Positions 1-7,684 of a DNA stretch of 64,000 nucleotides are shown here, one piece after another. Every line of letters begins with the position of its first letter. Position 1 is the stretch's first letter. The notes under the pieces are model-generated. The model was given only the letters and a program-made list of their open reading frames with translations. It was not told the DNA's origin and did no database searches. The translations under genes and the position numbers were made by a program. Origin of the DNA: a virus; the IMG/VR virus record IMGVR_UViG_3300030419_005383, positions 10,296 through 74,295 of that record. One strand, written 5' to 3'.

Positions 1-1
1 T

Positions 2-190
2 GGCCGAGGCCCATACAGCGCAGTTGAGGTTGGATTTCCCAGTAAGGCCGAGCCACTGCTGATGAAGTGGGCTGAGGACCGAGATGATCCGACCAACACT
101 GTGTACGGCTGGGTACCGGCTGATGTCGTCAAGCGCGTGATAGCGAAGCATGGCGGCATGGTGGGGGGACAGTTGCCACGTTTTCAGTAG
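2..190 (+). CDS. 3' part of conserved phage hypothetical protein (truncated by window)
   Basis: Open frame GRGPYSAVEVGFPSKAEPLLMKWAEDRDDPTNTVYGWVPADVVKRVIAKHGG...* ending TAG at 188-190. The VEVGFPS / TVYGWVP / IAKHGG pattern resembles a widespread phage family. Confidence 0.75.
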   Translation, partial: GRGPYSAVEVGFPSKAEPLLMKWAEDRDDPTNTVYGWVPADVVKRVIAKHGGMVGGQLPRFQ

Positions 191-197
191 GCCCCAC

Positions 198-225
198 TTG
201 CCGCACCTTTGTTTGTGCTTACATT
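198..225 (+). promoter_or_regulatory. Early promoter class member (TTGCCG-N11-GTG-N2-TACATT)
   Basis: Same architecture at 2669, 3222, 4655 and 7300. Lies in the intergenic gap before a gene. Confidence 0.65.
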
Positions 226-262
226 AAAGATGTAACCACGAACCAACCTGAGAGAACCAACC

Positions 263-1003
263 ATGCCAGAAAGCACATTCAACAACTACAAGCTGAACAA
301 GTCGCTTGGCCTCAACTGGATGACCGCAGGAATGTCCATGTCGCCGGCCACCGAATCAATCGAGGTTGGTGGCCGAAACATGTGCCCCTGGTCTGGAGCG
401 TGCGAAAAGTCCTGCCTGAAGTTTGCTGGCCGAAACCGCAACGCTCAATCCAGGGTCGCCCGTCAACGGCGTACCATGTTTCGCCTTGAGGAATTGGGCG
501 GGTTCATCCGGCTTGTGTCGGGAGAGATTGAGGGACTGAAGCGCAAGGCCGCGAAAGAAGGAATGAAGGTCGCCTATCGGCCAAACGTCCTGAGCGACGA
601 CAGCGTGTTCGCCCTGAAGCTGGCCGAAGCAAACCCCGACGTGCAGTTCTACGACTACACCAAAATTCCCAAACCATGGAAACGGGTACGCGAGAACTAC
701 CACCTGACATACAGCCTCGACAACCACAACCACGCCGAAGCACTCGAAGCCATCGAGAACGGTATCAACGTCGCGGTTGCCTTTGACCTTGGCAAGGATG
801 AGCCACTGCCAGAAACCTGGCAGATCCCCGGCACCGATGTCGTGTTGCCAGTGATCAACGGTGACGAACATGACCTGCGATTCCTTGACCCGGTTGGTGT
901 CTTTGTTGCCCTCAAATTCAAAGGCAGCAAGGCTGAGCGAGCCAAAGCGGTTGCGGCTGGCTTTGTTTTCTCCCCAGTCACCATCATGGCTAAGGCGGCA
1001 TGA
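263..1003 (+). CDS. Gp88-like (radical-SAM-related) phage protein
   Basis: N-terminal CPWSGACEKSC cysteine motif plus RPNVLSD, VQFYDYTK, NYHLTYS, INGDEHDLRFLDP and LKFKG motifs typical of the gene product 88 family. Confidence 0.75.
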   Translation: MPESTFNNYKLNKSLGLNWMTAGMSMSPATESIEVGGRNMCPWSGACEKSCLKFAGRNRNAQSRVARQRRTMFRLEELGGFIRLVSGEIEGLKRKAAKEGMKVAYRPNVLSDDSVFALKLAEANPDVQFYDYTKIPKPWKRVRENYHLTYSLDNHNHAEALEAIENGINVAVAFDLGKDEPLPETWQIPGTDVVLPVINGDEHDLRFLDPVGVFVALKFKGSKAERAKAVAAGFVFSPVTIMAKAA

Positions 1004-1137
1004 CCACACCACAGGAGGTGAGAACCAATCCCAATCAACCCGAACCCTCGCCGGCCCTGGTAATCCGGCGGGTGCGTTGGGCTCTCCAAAGGGTGGAGAT
1101 TCCAGCTCACCAACCAACCACAACAACCGAGAGAACC

Positions 1138-1224
1138 ATGACTACATATCGTAGATATTCACAGCGCTCCTTGTTCCGCGACAACCGACGCAAGGCCAGC
1201 CCCGAACCACAGGAAGAAGAATGA
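1138..1224 (+). CDS. Putative small Arg-rich peptide (MTTYRRYSQRSLFRDNRRKASPEPQEEE)
   Basis: ATG directly after the conserved GAGAGAACC leader. Stop overlaps the next ATG. Confidence 0.4.
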   Translation: MTTYRRYSQRSLFRDNRRKASPEPQEEE

Positions 1225-1589
1225 CCAATCGAGAACAACAAGCCCTTAAACGAATCGAGCGTTTTTACCGGTTGATCGTAGACCATGACGATATCTATTT
1301 GGACATTGTTGCGCCCACCTTCAACTGGTTCCGGGCGGAAAGCGACGACCCAATGAAGGTGTATCAAGACGCCGTTGATGCGTTTCAGCCGGCCATCGTG
1401 CGAGCAGCCTACATGCTTCGGAAAACCGGTGACTGGCGAGGCTCGGTGCTCAACCAAGATGAGCGGTTGGCTTTGCGTGCTGACCGTCAAGCCGTCGCAG
1501 AGATGATGGTGGAACACTACGTTGATCGCTATTGTGACAGCGCGCGCGTCATCCTTGAGCTTGCGATTGCAGAAAAGTCGGGTGAATGA
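1221..1589 (+). CDS. Hypothetical early protein
   Basis: 122-aa ORF with AACCACAGGAAG leader, coupled to neighbours. Confidence 0.7.
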   Translation: MTNREQQALKRIERFYRLIVDHDDIYLDIVAPTFNWFRAESDDPMKVYQDAVDAFQPAIVRAAYMLRKTGDWRGSVLNQDERLALRADRQAVAEMMVEHYVDRYCDSARVILELAIAEKSGE

Positions 1590-1990
1590 TGGCCCCAGAA
1601 ATTGACCTGTCTGAATCTCACTGGCGTGTGGCGATGCGAATGCACAACCACTCCACGTTGTTTTCTCAGACTCCGTCTCACATCACAAGACCGAAAACTC
1701 CAGATGAGGAGGTGGAAAGCTGGCTCTTCTACGTGGAGCATGAGGTCCGGGCCATTCAAATTCGTGAGCGAATTTTGCGTGAGTGCAAAGACCTGTCTCC
1801 TAAAGAAAGGGATTCGCATGAGCATCTGCGTAGCCGCTCACAGTGGCGAGTCGGACAGTTCAAAAAGGAGCTGAAAGAAGCAGAGCGCAAGGCGCTGCCA
1901 GGGAAAATCGAACGACTGCGTCAGCGGTACGCTGTCAGGAATTTCGTCGCCAAGCGTCAAAAACCTGAAACCACAGGAGAGAACCAATGA
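1586..1990 (+). CDS. Hypothetical early protein
   Basis: 134-aa ORF with ATGA overlaps at both ends. Confidence 0.7.
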   Translation: MMAPEIDLSESHWRVAMRMHNHSTLFSQTPSHITRPKTPDEEVESWLFYVEHEVRAIQIRERILRECKDLSPKERDSHEHLRSRSQWRVGQFKKELKEAERKALPGKIERLRQRYAVRNFVAKRQKPETTGENQ

Positions 1991-2409
1991 CTGACAATTT
2001 GCAATTTCAAATGAGGGTAGCCGAAGGATGGCTGCACTTTACGGAACAAGCACGGTTTGAAAAAATCACAGTGGAACAGCTTGTCCGAAGACATTTCACG
2101 CAATGTCTCACCGAGCCAAATGTTTGCCACGACTGCAACAAACCGTTGAACGCTGAATCTCACGTCTTCGATACGGGAGATGGCGACAAGGATCCGTCCT
2201 GCGTCAGGTGCGGCGTCAAGACGATGGTTTCGGTGAGACTGGACGAATCAACGTGCGTTCAGGAACTGAAGGCTTTGACGGACCCCATCACCGCAAGTGT
2301 TCTGTTTTTCAGTGGCATCGACACAGACCCGAATCATCCGTTGTTTGATGTTCGTGATTGTCTGGAAGAAATGTTGCTTGGCAGCATCCCTGACCTGGCG
2401 GAGGAATAG
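1987..2409 (+). CDS. Hypothetical Zn-ribbon protein
   Basis: CHDC...CVRC pairs. Conserved leader AACCACAGGAGAGAACCAATG. Confidence 0.7.
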   Translation: MTDNLQFQMRVAEGWLHFTEQARFEKITVEQLVRRHFTQCLTEPNVCHDCNKPLNAESHVFDTGDGDKDPSCVRCGVKTMVSVRLDESTCVQELKALTDPITASVLFFSGIDTDPNHPLFDVRDCLEEMLLGSIPDLAEE

Positions 2410-2413
2410 CGCT

Positions 2414-2653
2414 ATGCCTTTTGTTTGCGTCAACGAACGCTACGGCGACGGTGAGTACGAGACTGCCGAAGCTTTCATGGAAATGTGCCAGGAGGTCTTT
2501 GGTGAGGCGCCAACCTTGATTGAGCGGGTGCTGGGTGAACTGTCTGAATTCATTGCGCCATCTTGGTGTCAAAATGAAAAAGAGCGAATGGAGTGCCAGC
2601 GGGCCGACTACGGGTACTGGGAAGTTGTGCTTCGGAAAAATGAAAATGAATAA
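2414..2653 (+). CDS. Hypothetical early protein (MPFVCVNERYG...)
   Basis: GGAGG SD upstream of ATG 2414; fills the gap between neighbours. Confidence 0.6.
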   Translation: MPFVCVNERYGDGEYETAEAFMEMCQEVFGEAPTLIERVLGELSEFIAPSWCQNEKERMECQRADYGYWEVVLRKNENE

Positions 2654-2668
2654 TTTTCACCCCACGTG

Positions 2669-2696
2669 TTGCCGTACCTTTATTGGTGACTACACT
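2669..2696 (+). promoter_or_regulatory. Early promoter class member (TTGCCG-N11-GTG-N2-TACACT)
   Basis: Intergenic; matches the motif at 198. Confidence 0.65.
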
Positions 2697-2716
2697 TTCT
2701 ATGCAAGGGAGAACCA

Positions 2717-3211
2717 ATGACCCAAACCACTTTTGAATCTTTCAAGAAAGAAGCAGGTGACCTGCTCAAACAACCATCACCGCTGGCTGATCAGTTGAAC
2801 AGAATGGTCAAGATCGAGCGGACGGAGCGAGATGCGGTCCGCGGCATGCCTGCCGAGATGGACGGTCAGTTTGTTTCCGGCGTAGACCTGAAAGCGTTTC
2901 GTGATGATGACAAGCGTTTCCAGCGCGTGGCAGGCTGGAAAATCGATGAGGAATGGGATGATCTCGAATGGACGGAATGCTCCACATGTGGATGGTTTGC
3001 CGCGCGAGAATCAGGCGATGGAGACTTCAATTCAATCCTTGATGACGAGTTCGGTTCGGATTGGTTTCTGTGTGACCCTTGCTGCGCCGCAGATGACCGA
3101 TGTCGAGATACGACATTTCCTCCCCGCGAGGAACCGACCAAGCTGGACAAGATCGTCTCTGACCGCCTCACCGATGTGCTTGAGAAATTCGGAATCTTCC
3201 GAAACGACTAA
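2717..3211 (+). CDS. Hypothetical acidic Zn-binding protein
   Basis: CSTC...CDPC motifs. GGGAGAACCAATG leader. Confidence 0.7.
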   Translation: MTQTTFESFKKEAGDLLKQPSPLADQLNRMVKIERTERDAVRGMPAEMDGQFVSGVDLKAFRDDDKRFQRVAGWKIDEEWDDLEWTECSTCGWFAARESGDGDFNSILDDEFGSDWFLCDPCCAADDRCRDTTFPPREEPTKLDKIVSDRLTDVLEKFGIFRND

Positions 3212-3221
3212 AACCAAAGGG

Positions 3222-3249
3222 TTGACACACTATTAAATGTGCCTATCTT
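3222..3249 (+). promoter_or_regulatory. Early promoter class member (TTGACA-N11-GTG-CC-TATCTT)
   Basis: Consensus -35. GTGCCTATCTTAT is identical to 4672-4684. Confidence 0.75.
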
Positions 3250-3274
3250 ATATGTGAACCACAGGAGAGAACCA

Positions 3275-3877
3275 ATGTCCATTTTAAATCAAGCCGAAAT
3301 CGTCGCACTCCAAGCCCTTGGCAACACATCATGTGAGCAGTTGCCAAAGGCCAAGGCGGCCGAAGCGAAGAGCGAGCTGCCGGAAGCAGAGTCCAAGACA
3401 ATCAAACTGACTGCGGAGATTGAGGCCACCGTGTCGAAGGGAAAGCCTCCAGCCGAGCGGCCGAACACCAGTTCTCTCGGCTCAGATGCTGATCTGCGAA
3501 TTCTCGCAGCAGCAGTTGAGGAGGTCAGAGAAGCGGCCAAACGAGACGACAACGGAAGGTTTCGAGACAGCCAGGAGGCATCACGCGTTTTAGACATGTT
3601 GATGGATGTCATCGTTTCCAAGAAGTCTGAATGGTCGGAGCGGCAGATTGAATGCGGAAATGACCCGAAGAAGCGAAAGCAGTTGAAGAAAGACTTTCTG
3701 CTCGAAACCGGCAACCCCGAAGTCCTGATGCGATTCGCTCAGCTCAACAAGGAACTGAAGGCCAACATGCCGAAAGTTCAACCGGCTGCTCCCGTTCGGG
3801 TGACATTTGAAAACGTGAAGATCATGAATTGCGAATTGCTCCGCGACCAAGTCAACGCAGAAAAGGGTGAGGCTTGA
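3275..3877 (+). CDS. Hypothetical early protein
   Basis: Start reassigned to ATG 3275 after AACCACAGGAGAGAACCA. Confidence 0.75.
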   Translation: MSILNQAEIVALQALGNTSCEQLPKAKAAEAKSELPEAESKTIKLTAEIEATVSKGKPPAERPNTSSLGSDADLRILAAAVEEVREAAKRDDNGRFRDSQEASRVLDMLMDVIVSKKSEWSERQIECGNDPKKRKQLKKDFLLETGNPEVLMRFAQLNKELKANMPKVQPAAPVRVTFENVKIMNCELLRDQVNAEKGEA

Positions 3878-4065
3878 TGATGGAAACGAACGACAGACAT
3901 CTGCGGCTTGTCCGAAACGAACGACAAATGAAGGCTTTGCTGGATGACCTGGACCCGACACTGACGGCTCAGGTCATCCAAGACCTGCGAGCGATGCAGC
4001 CCGGCCAGGTCACCAACATCAAGGCAGGCGAAGTCATGCTGCGGGTCACCAGGGGCGGAACATGA
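3877..4065 (+). CDS. Hypothetical small protein
   Basis: Coupled ORF (TGATG overlap upstream, ATGA downstream). Confidence 0.55.
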   Translation: MMETNDRHLRLVRNERQMKALLDDLDPTLTAQVIQDLRAMQPGQVTNIKAGEVMLRVTRGGT

Positions 4066-4658
4066 GACCATCAACAACTCAGATCAGGATCCTTCGGGTC
4101 GTTGCACAAAAATTTCTCTGTCAGATACGCGACGCCGGCCGCGTCATGTATCAGGAGGGTTTGGCTGTGCGTGAATTTCCGAATCGACATCCAGTGGCTG
4201 AGACCGGAATGGAACAACTTAAATTCCAATTCGTCAAAGTCCACCGATTGATGATGATGGCTGGCGCCGAACGCACCTGGGTTTCAACTGGCCAGTTCGC
4301 TGTCCCGCTGACGGGCACCGACGGCCGCTGGTACGGTCCAGAGCCGTTGCCGCGTATCGCAAACGAGTGTGAAGCAGCGAGGCTGCTGCTGACCAAGGGC
4401 GAGCTGCCAGATGGCTACCCGTCCGCCAGGTTGCAGGGTCGGTTCGTTCGCAACCGCGCGCTCTGCCATGTCATCCGGCCAGAGGTCGGTGTACATGACC
4501 TGCACCTGTACGCTGCCTGTCGTGCCCTTGGCCAACTGCGACTTCCCCTCCGGCACCTTCGGCTTCGCCAGATGAACCCCGAAGATCCGGTCGTCGTTCA
4601 GACTGACGCCGACCCCAGCGCATTCGTTTTGATCAAACCGTTCAAAAGAAAAACTTGA
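4062..4658 (+). CDS. Hypothetical protein
   Basis: 198-aa ORF with ATGA overlap. Confidence 0.65.
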   Translation: MRPSTTQIRILRVVAQKFLCQIRDAGRVMYQEGLAVREFPNRHPVAETGMEQLKFQFVKVHRLMMMAGAERTWVSTGQFAVPLTGTDGRWYGPEPLPRIANECEAARLLLTKGELPDGYPSARLQGRFVRNRALCHVIRPEVGVHDLHLYAACRALGQLRLPLRHLRLRQMNPEDPVVVQTDADPSAFVLIKPFKRKT

Positions 4659-4682
4659 CTTTCATGAGTCGGTGCCTATCTT
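4655..4682 (+). promoter_or_regulatory. Early promoter class member (TTGACT-N11-GTG-CC-TATCTT)
   Basis: Near copy of the 3222 promoter. Confidence 0.72.
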
Positions 4683-4723
4683 ATTGGTGTGACCGTTTAA
4701 CCCCACAGAGAAAAGAGAGAACA

Positions 4724-5041
4724 ATGAGCACAAAACGATTCCAGTATGAGTGGCAGCTTTTCTGGGAAGAGCCAGATGGCGAAGTTGACCACAGCGATAC
4801 CATCGAAGGGTTCCACCCAGATGACATCAACGATCTGCTCGCCAAGCGGTGTGAACTGTCCGTCCGCGTGTGGGACCACAGGAATCCCTACGGCGGCTGG
4901 GAAGACGCACGATGTCATTGGAACGATGGCACCCTGACCATCGCCAGCCACCATGAGCCTGCGGCATTCCAATTGCACGGCAAGAAGGTGTTGCAGCGCC
5001 ACCACAAAGAACTGGCTGCATTCATGTGCAACCACCGATAA
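4724..5041 (+). CDS. Hypothetical early protein
   Basis: Start reassigned to ATG 4724 after GAGAGAACA. Confidence 0.7.
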   Translation: MSTKRFQYEWQLFWEEPDGEVDHSDTIEGFHPDDINDLLAKRCELSVRVWDHRNPYGGWEDARCHWNDGTLTIASHHEPAAFQLHGKKVLQRHHKELAAFMCNHR

Positions 5042-5092
5042 CCACCGGGGCCCACAGCCCCACCAACCACACAAACAACGGAGAGAACAATG
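5039..5092 (+). repeat. Intergenic cassette repeat copy 1 (TAA-CCACC-GGGGC/GCCCC hairpin-ACCAACCACAC-GAGAGAAC-ATG)
   Basis: Similar to 5588-5633 and 6132-6183. Confidence 0.85.
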
Positions 5093-5590
5093 CCTGCACA
5101 ATGGTACATTGGAAATGTGAAAAACTGGAAAACCACCTGCTATCGGGTGGAGACCGCCGCAGATTTTACGAAGAGGCGCGCCATCGACATAGAAGTTGTT
5201 CGCGAATGGGCCGGTTCAGATCATGTCGATTTTTGGACTGCTGATGGAACCGAGCGCGAGGACATCACGGAAGACACGTTGATCAAGATGATGGATCCGA
5301 TTTGTCGATTCTTGGTTTTTCAAGGACTGCCCTACACTGGGCATGAAGATTTGCTTCTCAAAAACATTGAGGATGTCTACAAGCGTCTTCGGCTGATTGG
5401 CGACCGCGAAGGAATCCGACCGTCTGATCACAAGGATGGTGAACTTTTCCGACGCGACATCACAATGGATGATCTGATCAAGTTTGTTGGGATCTACAAC
5501 ACTGCCGCCATCAGACGAAGAAAAAAGGTCACCGTCTTTTGCGAAGAACTCAAAATCAGCAGTAAGGAATGGCGAAACTGGGCAGCGTAA
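5090..5590 (+). CDS. Hypothetical protein, tandem paralogue A
   Basis: Long identical DNA blocks shared with 5631-6134. Confidence 0.85.
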   Translation: MPAQWYIGNVKNWKTTCYRVETAADFTKRRAIDIEVVREWAGSDHVDFWTADGTEREDITEDTLIKMMDPICRFLVFQGLPYTGHEDLLLKNIEDVYKRLRLIGDREGIRPSDHKDGELFRRDITMDDLIKFVGIYNTAAIRRRKKVTVFCEELKISSKEWRNWAA

Positions 5591-5633
5591 ACCACCGGCC
5601 CCACCAACCACACAAACAAAGGAGAGAACAATG
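5588..5633 (+). repeat. Intergenic cassette repeat copy 2 (hairpin partly deleted)
   Basis: TAAACCACCGGCCCCACCAACCACACAAACAAAGGAGAGAACAATG. Confidence 0.85.
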
Positions 5634-6134
5634 CCTGCACAATGGAGCATTGAAGATGTCAAAGACTGGGAAACGACCTGCTATCGGGTAGAGACCGCCG
5701 CAGATTTCCTGAAGAGGCACACCTACGTGAGAGACATCGAAGCCATTCGGGATCCCAACGGACCATCCAATATTTGGGCGGCTGATGGAACCGAGCGCGA
5801 GGACATCACGGAAGACACGTTGATCAAAACGATGGATCCAATTTGCAATTGGTTGGTTTTTAGCGGCCTGCCCATGACGGGACACGCGAGACTGACCTTC
5901 AAAAACATTGAGGATGTCTACAAGCGTCTTCGGCTGATTGGCGACCGCTTCGGACGCTACCGACCACAAGATTGGAAGGACAAAAAACACTTCTTCTTTG
6001 ACATCACAATGGATGATCTGATCAAGTTCGTTGGGATCTACAACACCGGCACATCGTCACAGTTGAAAAAGGTCACCGTCTTTTGCGAGGAATTCAAAAT
6101 CAGCAGCAAGGAATGGCGAAGCTGGGCAGCGTAA
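5631..6134 (+). CDS. Hypothetical protein, tandem paralogue B
   Basis: Start at ATG 5631 (MPAQW..., as in paralogue A). Confidence 0.85.
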   Translation: MPAQWSIEDVKDWETTCYRVETAADFLKRHTYVRDIEAIRDPNGPSNIWAADGTEREDITEDTLIKTMDPICNWLVFSGLPMTGHARLTFKNIEDVYKRLRLIGDRFGRYRPQDWKDKKHFFFDITMDDLIKFVGIYNTGTSSQLKKVTVFCEEFKISSKEWRSWAA

Positions 6135-6183
6135 ACCACCGGGGCCCCACAGGCCCCACCAACCACACAGAGAGAACCACATG
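6132..6183 (+). repeat. Intergenic cassette repeat copy 3
   Basis: TAAACCACCGGGGCCCCACAGGCCCCACCAACCACACAGAGAGAACCACATG. Confidence 0.85.
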
Positions 6184-6666
6184 TCCAAACATCCCGCAGA
6201 CGAACCACCTGGGCTCTACTTGCGCCTCTACCCTCCGGGCTGGAGAGCCACAGCCATCTCGGTAACGCACCTTTGCGACACGGATGTTCCGCAAGGCGTG
6301 ACGTTTGAATCAGGCAAATCGTCCGGCTCTAATGTCGCATGTCCTGATTGTGGACTGGATCAAGAATCCGCCGAAGATGAAGATCGTGAGGTTTGGGCCT
6401 ACGAGGTGGACAACGAGGGATTCGACATCTGGACCCGCGCGACCTGCAACGACTGCGAACGGGTGGAGATCTTCCGATGCACAGGCGGGAAGCGTGACAA
6501 GCAACCACGCAATGTGGCGCTCTGTGTGTCGGGTGAACATCGGGACAAAATCTTTCGATGCTGGGACGGACAACGCTGGCGGCACACTCGCCGCCCAGGT
6601 TTTGCCCGGCACGAGCTTGACCGCAAGCACAAGGAATCACACAGCGAGTGGGCAGGTGAATCATGA
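6181..6666 (+). CDS. Hypothetical Zn-ribbon protein
   Basis: CPDC...CNDC pairs; conserved leader. Confidence 0.7.
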   Translation: MSKHPADEPPGLYLRLYPPGWRATAISVTHLCDTDVPQGVTFESGKSSGSNVACPDCGLDQESAEDEDREVWAYEVDNEGFDIWTRATCNDCERVEIFRCTGGKRDKQPRNVALCVSGEHRDKIFRCWDGQRWRHTRRPGFARHELDRKHKESHSEWAGES

Positions 6667-6905
6667 GAAACGCCTGGCACAAAGCGTTGAAGAACGTGGA
6701 GGAGTACGCCCCCATGATCTACCTGAGTGTTGTTTGTTCACAACTCAAAGCGTGCCTGGCTCTCCAGTGCGAACCGGCCGAATACGGTGAGGGTGACCTG
6801 GACCTGAGGAAGTTGGACTTCGTCAAGAGGGCGAAAGCCGATGGTTGGACCTACGACAAGAACGGCAACTGGCTCTGCCCTGACTGCTCCAAGGAAGGTG
6901 AATGA
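6663..6905 (+). CDS. Small Zn-finger protein
   Basis: GWT...WLCPDC motif; coupled ORF. Confidence 0.65.
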   Translation: MRNAWHKALKNVEEYAPMIYLSVVCSQLKACLALQCEPAEYGEGDLDLRKLDFVKRAKADGWTYDKNGNWLCPDCSKEGE

Positions 6906-7129
6906 TGAAACTCTCCGAGATGCGAAAGCTGGTGGAGGAAAGCTCAACGGACGGAGACTTGATCTGCCGTGCCAGCGTGGGTTCATGCCCATCTGAGTTT
7001 AAGAAGGGCGAGACAAAACGAGTCATCAGAGTCAATATCGATTTCTACAGCAAAAATGAAGATCGTTGTGTCTCCGCAAGTGGATTTTTGGAGGTCTGGG
7101 ATGTGGAAGATCACAGGAAAGGTGAATGA
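6902..7129 (+). CDS. Hypothetical small protein
   Basis: AAGGTGA SD and ATGA overlaps. Confidence 0.6.
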   Translation: MMKLSEMRKLVEESSTDGDLICRASVGSCPSEFKKGETKRVIRVNIDFYSKNEDRCVSASGFLEVWDVEDHRKGE

Positions 7130-7290
7130 TGAACCTACCGAGACGCATCAAAGACTGGCCAGCCGAGGCCACTGCTGATTGGAACGAACGGGCTGGCATC
7201 ATGGAGTTTGATGGTGGCCTTGCAAGAAGAGAAGCCGAACGGCAAGCCGAGAAAATTGTTCGACGCCAATATGCGGCTGTCAAAAATTGA
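7126..7290 (+). CDS. Small protein with ERAGIMEFDGGL-x-R-x-EAE motif (not in ORF track)
   Basis: Translated by hand: MMNLPRRIKDWPAEATADWNERAGIMEFDGGLARREAERQAEKIVRRQYAAVKN*. The motif recurs in phage/plasmid replication-associated proteins. Confidence 0.75.
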   Translation: MMNLPRRIKDWPAEATADWNERAGIMEFDGGLARREAERQAEKIVRRQYAAVKN

Positions 7291-7299
7291 ATCACACTC

Positions 7300-7327
7300 T
7301 TCACTTTTCAAAATTCGTGACAAACAT
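7300..7327 (+). promoter_or_regulatory. Degenerate early promoter class member (TTCACT-N11-GTG-AC-AAACAT)
   Basis: Same spacing as the other four; intergenic. Confidence 0.4.
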
Positions 7328-7357
7328 ATATAGGACACAGACAAACAGGGAGAACCA

Positions 7358-7684
7358 ATGAGCCAAAACGAATCCATTTTGAAATGCCTGACGTGGGCGA
7401 CTACCTTTGCGGAGGGTAGCCGGGACGCTGACGAGTCCCTGGGCAACCCGGTCTTCAACGGTTGGCTTGACGATTGCAAAAACGCAATCCAGTCGCTGAC
7501 CCCAGAGGATGAGGCCGACCAGCAGAAAGCCTCCGAAGAGAGAGACCTTGCAGTCGATGCGCTGAAGCAATTCGTGTCGGCATTTGATGCGGAACTTTTC
7601 GAGCTGGTCATCGCGAAGGCGAACGCTCAAGCGGTCATTAAGAAAATCGAATCCGCAGGAGAGAACCATGAACCGCAGCAGTAA
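7358..7684 (+). CDS. Hypothetical protein
   Basis: GGGAGAACCAATG leader; 108 aa. Confidence 0.7.
   Translation: MSQNESILKCLTWATTFAEGSRDADESLGNPVFNGWLDDCKNAIQSLTPEDEADQQKASEERDLAVDALKQFVSAFDAELFELVIAKANAQAVIKKIESAGENHEPQQ

Noticed and set aside
356-1126. 256-aa - strand ORF
   Set aside because: Antisense shadow of the Gp88-like gene, with no motifs.
5090-6134. Diversity-generating retroelement TR/VR pair
   Set aside because: Differences are not adenine-specific and include indels, both copies are full ORFs with leaders, and no reverse transcriptase is present in the window.
5039-6183. CRISPR array or integron attC sites
   Set aside because: The repeats are degenerate and separated by whole genes. 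No cas genes, integron integrase or GTTRRRY/RYYYAAC boxes were seen.
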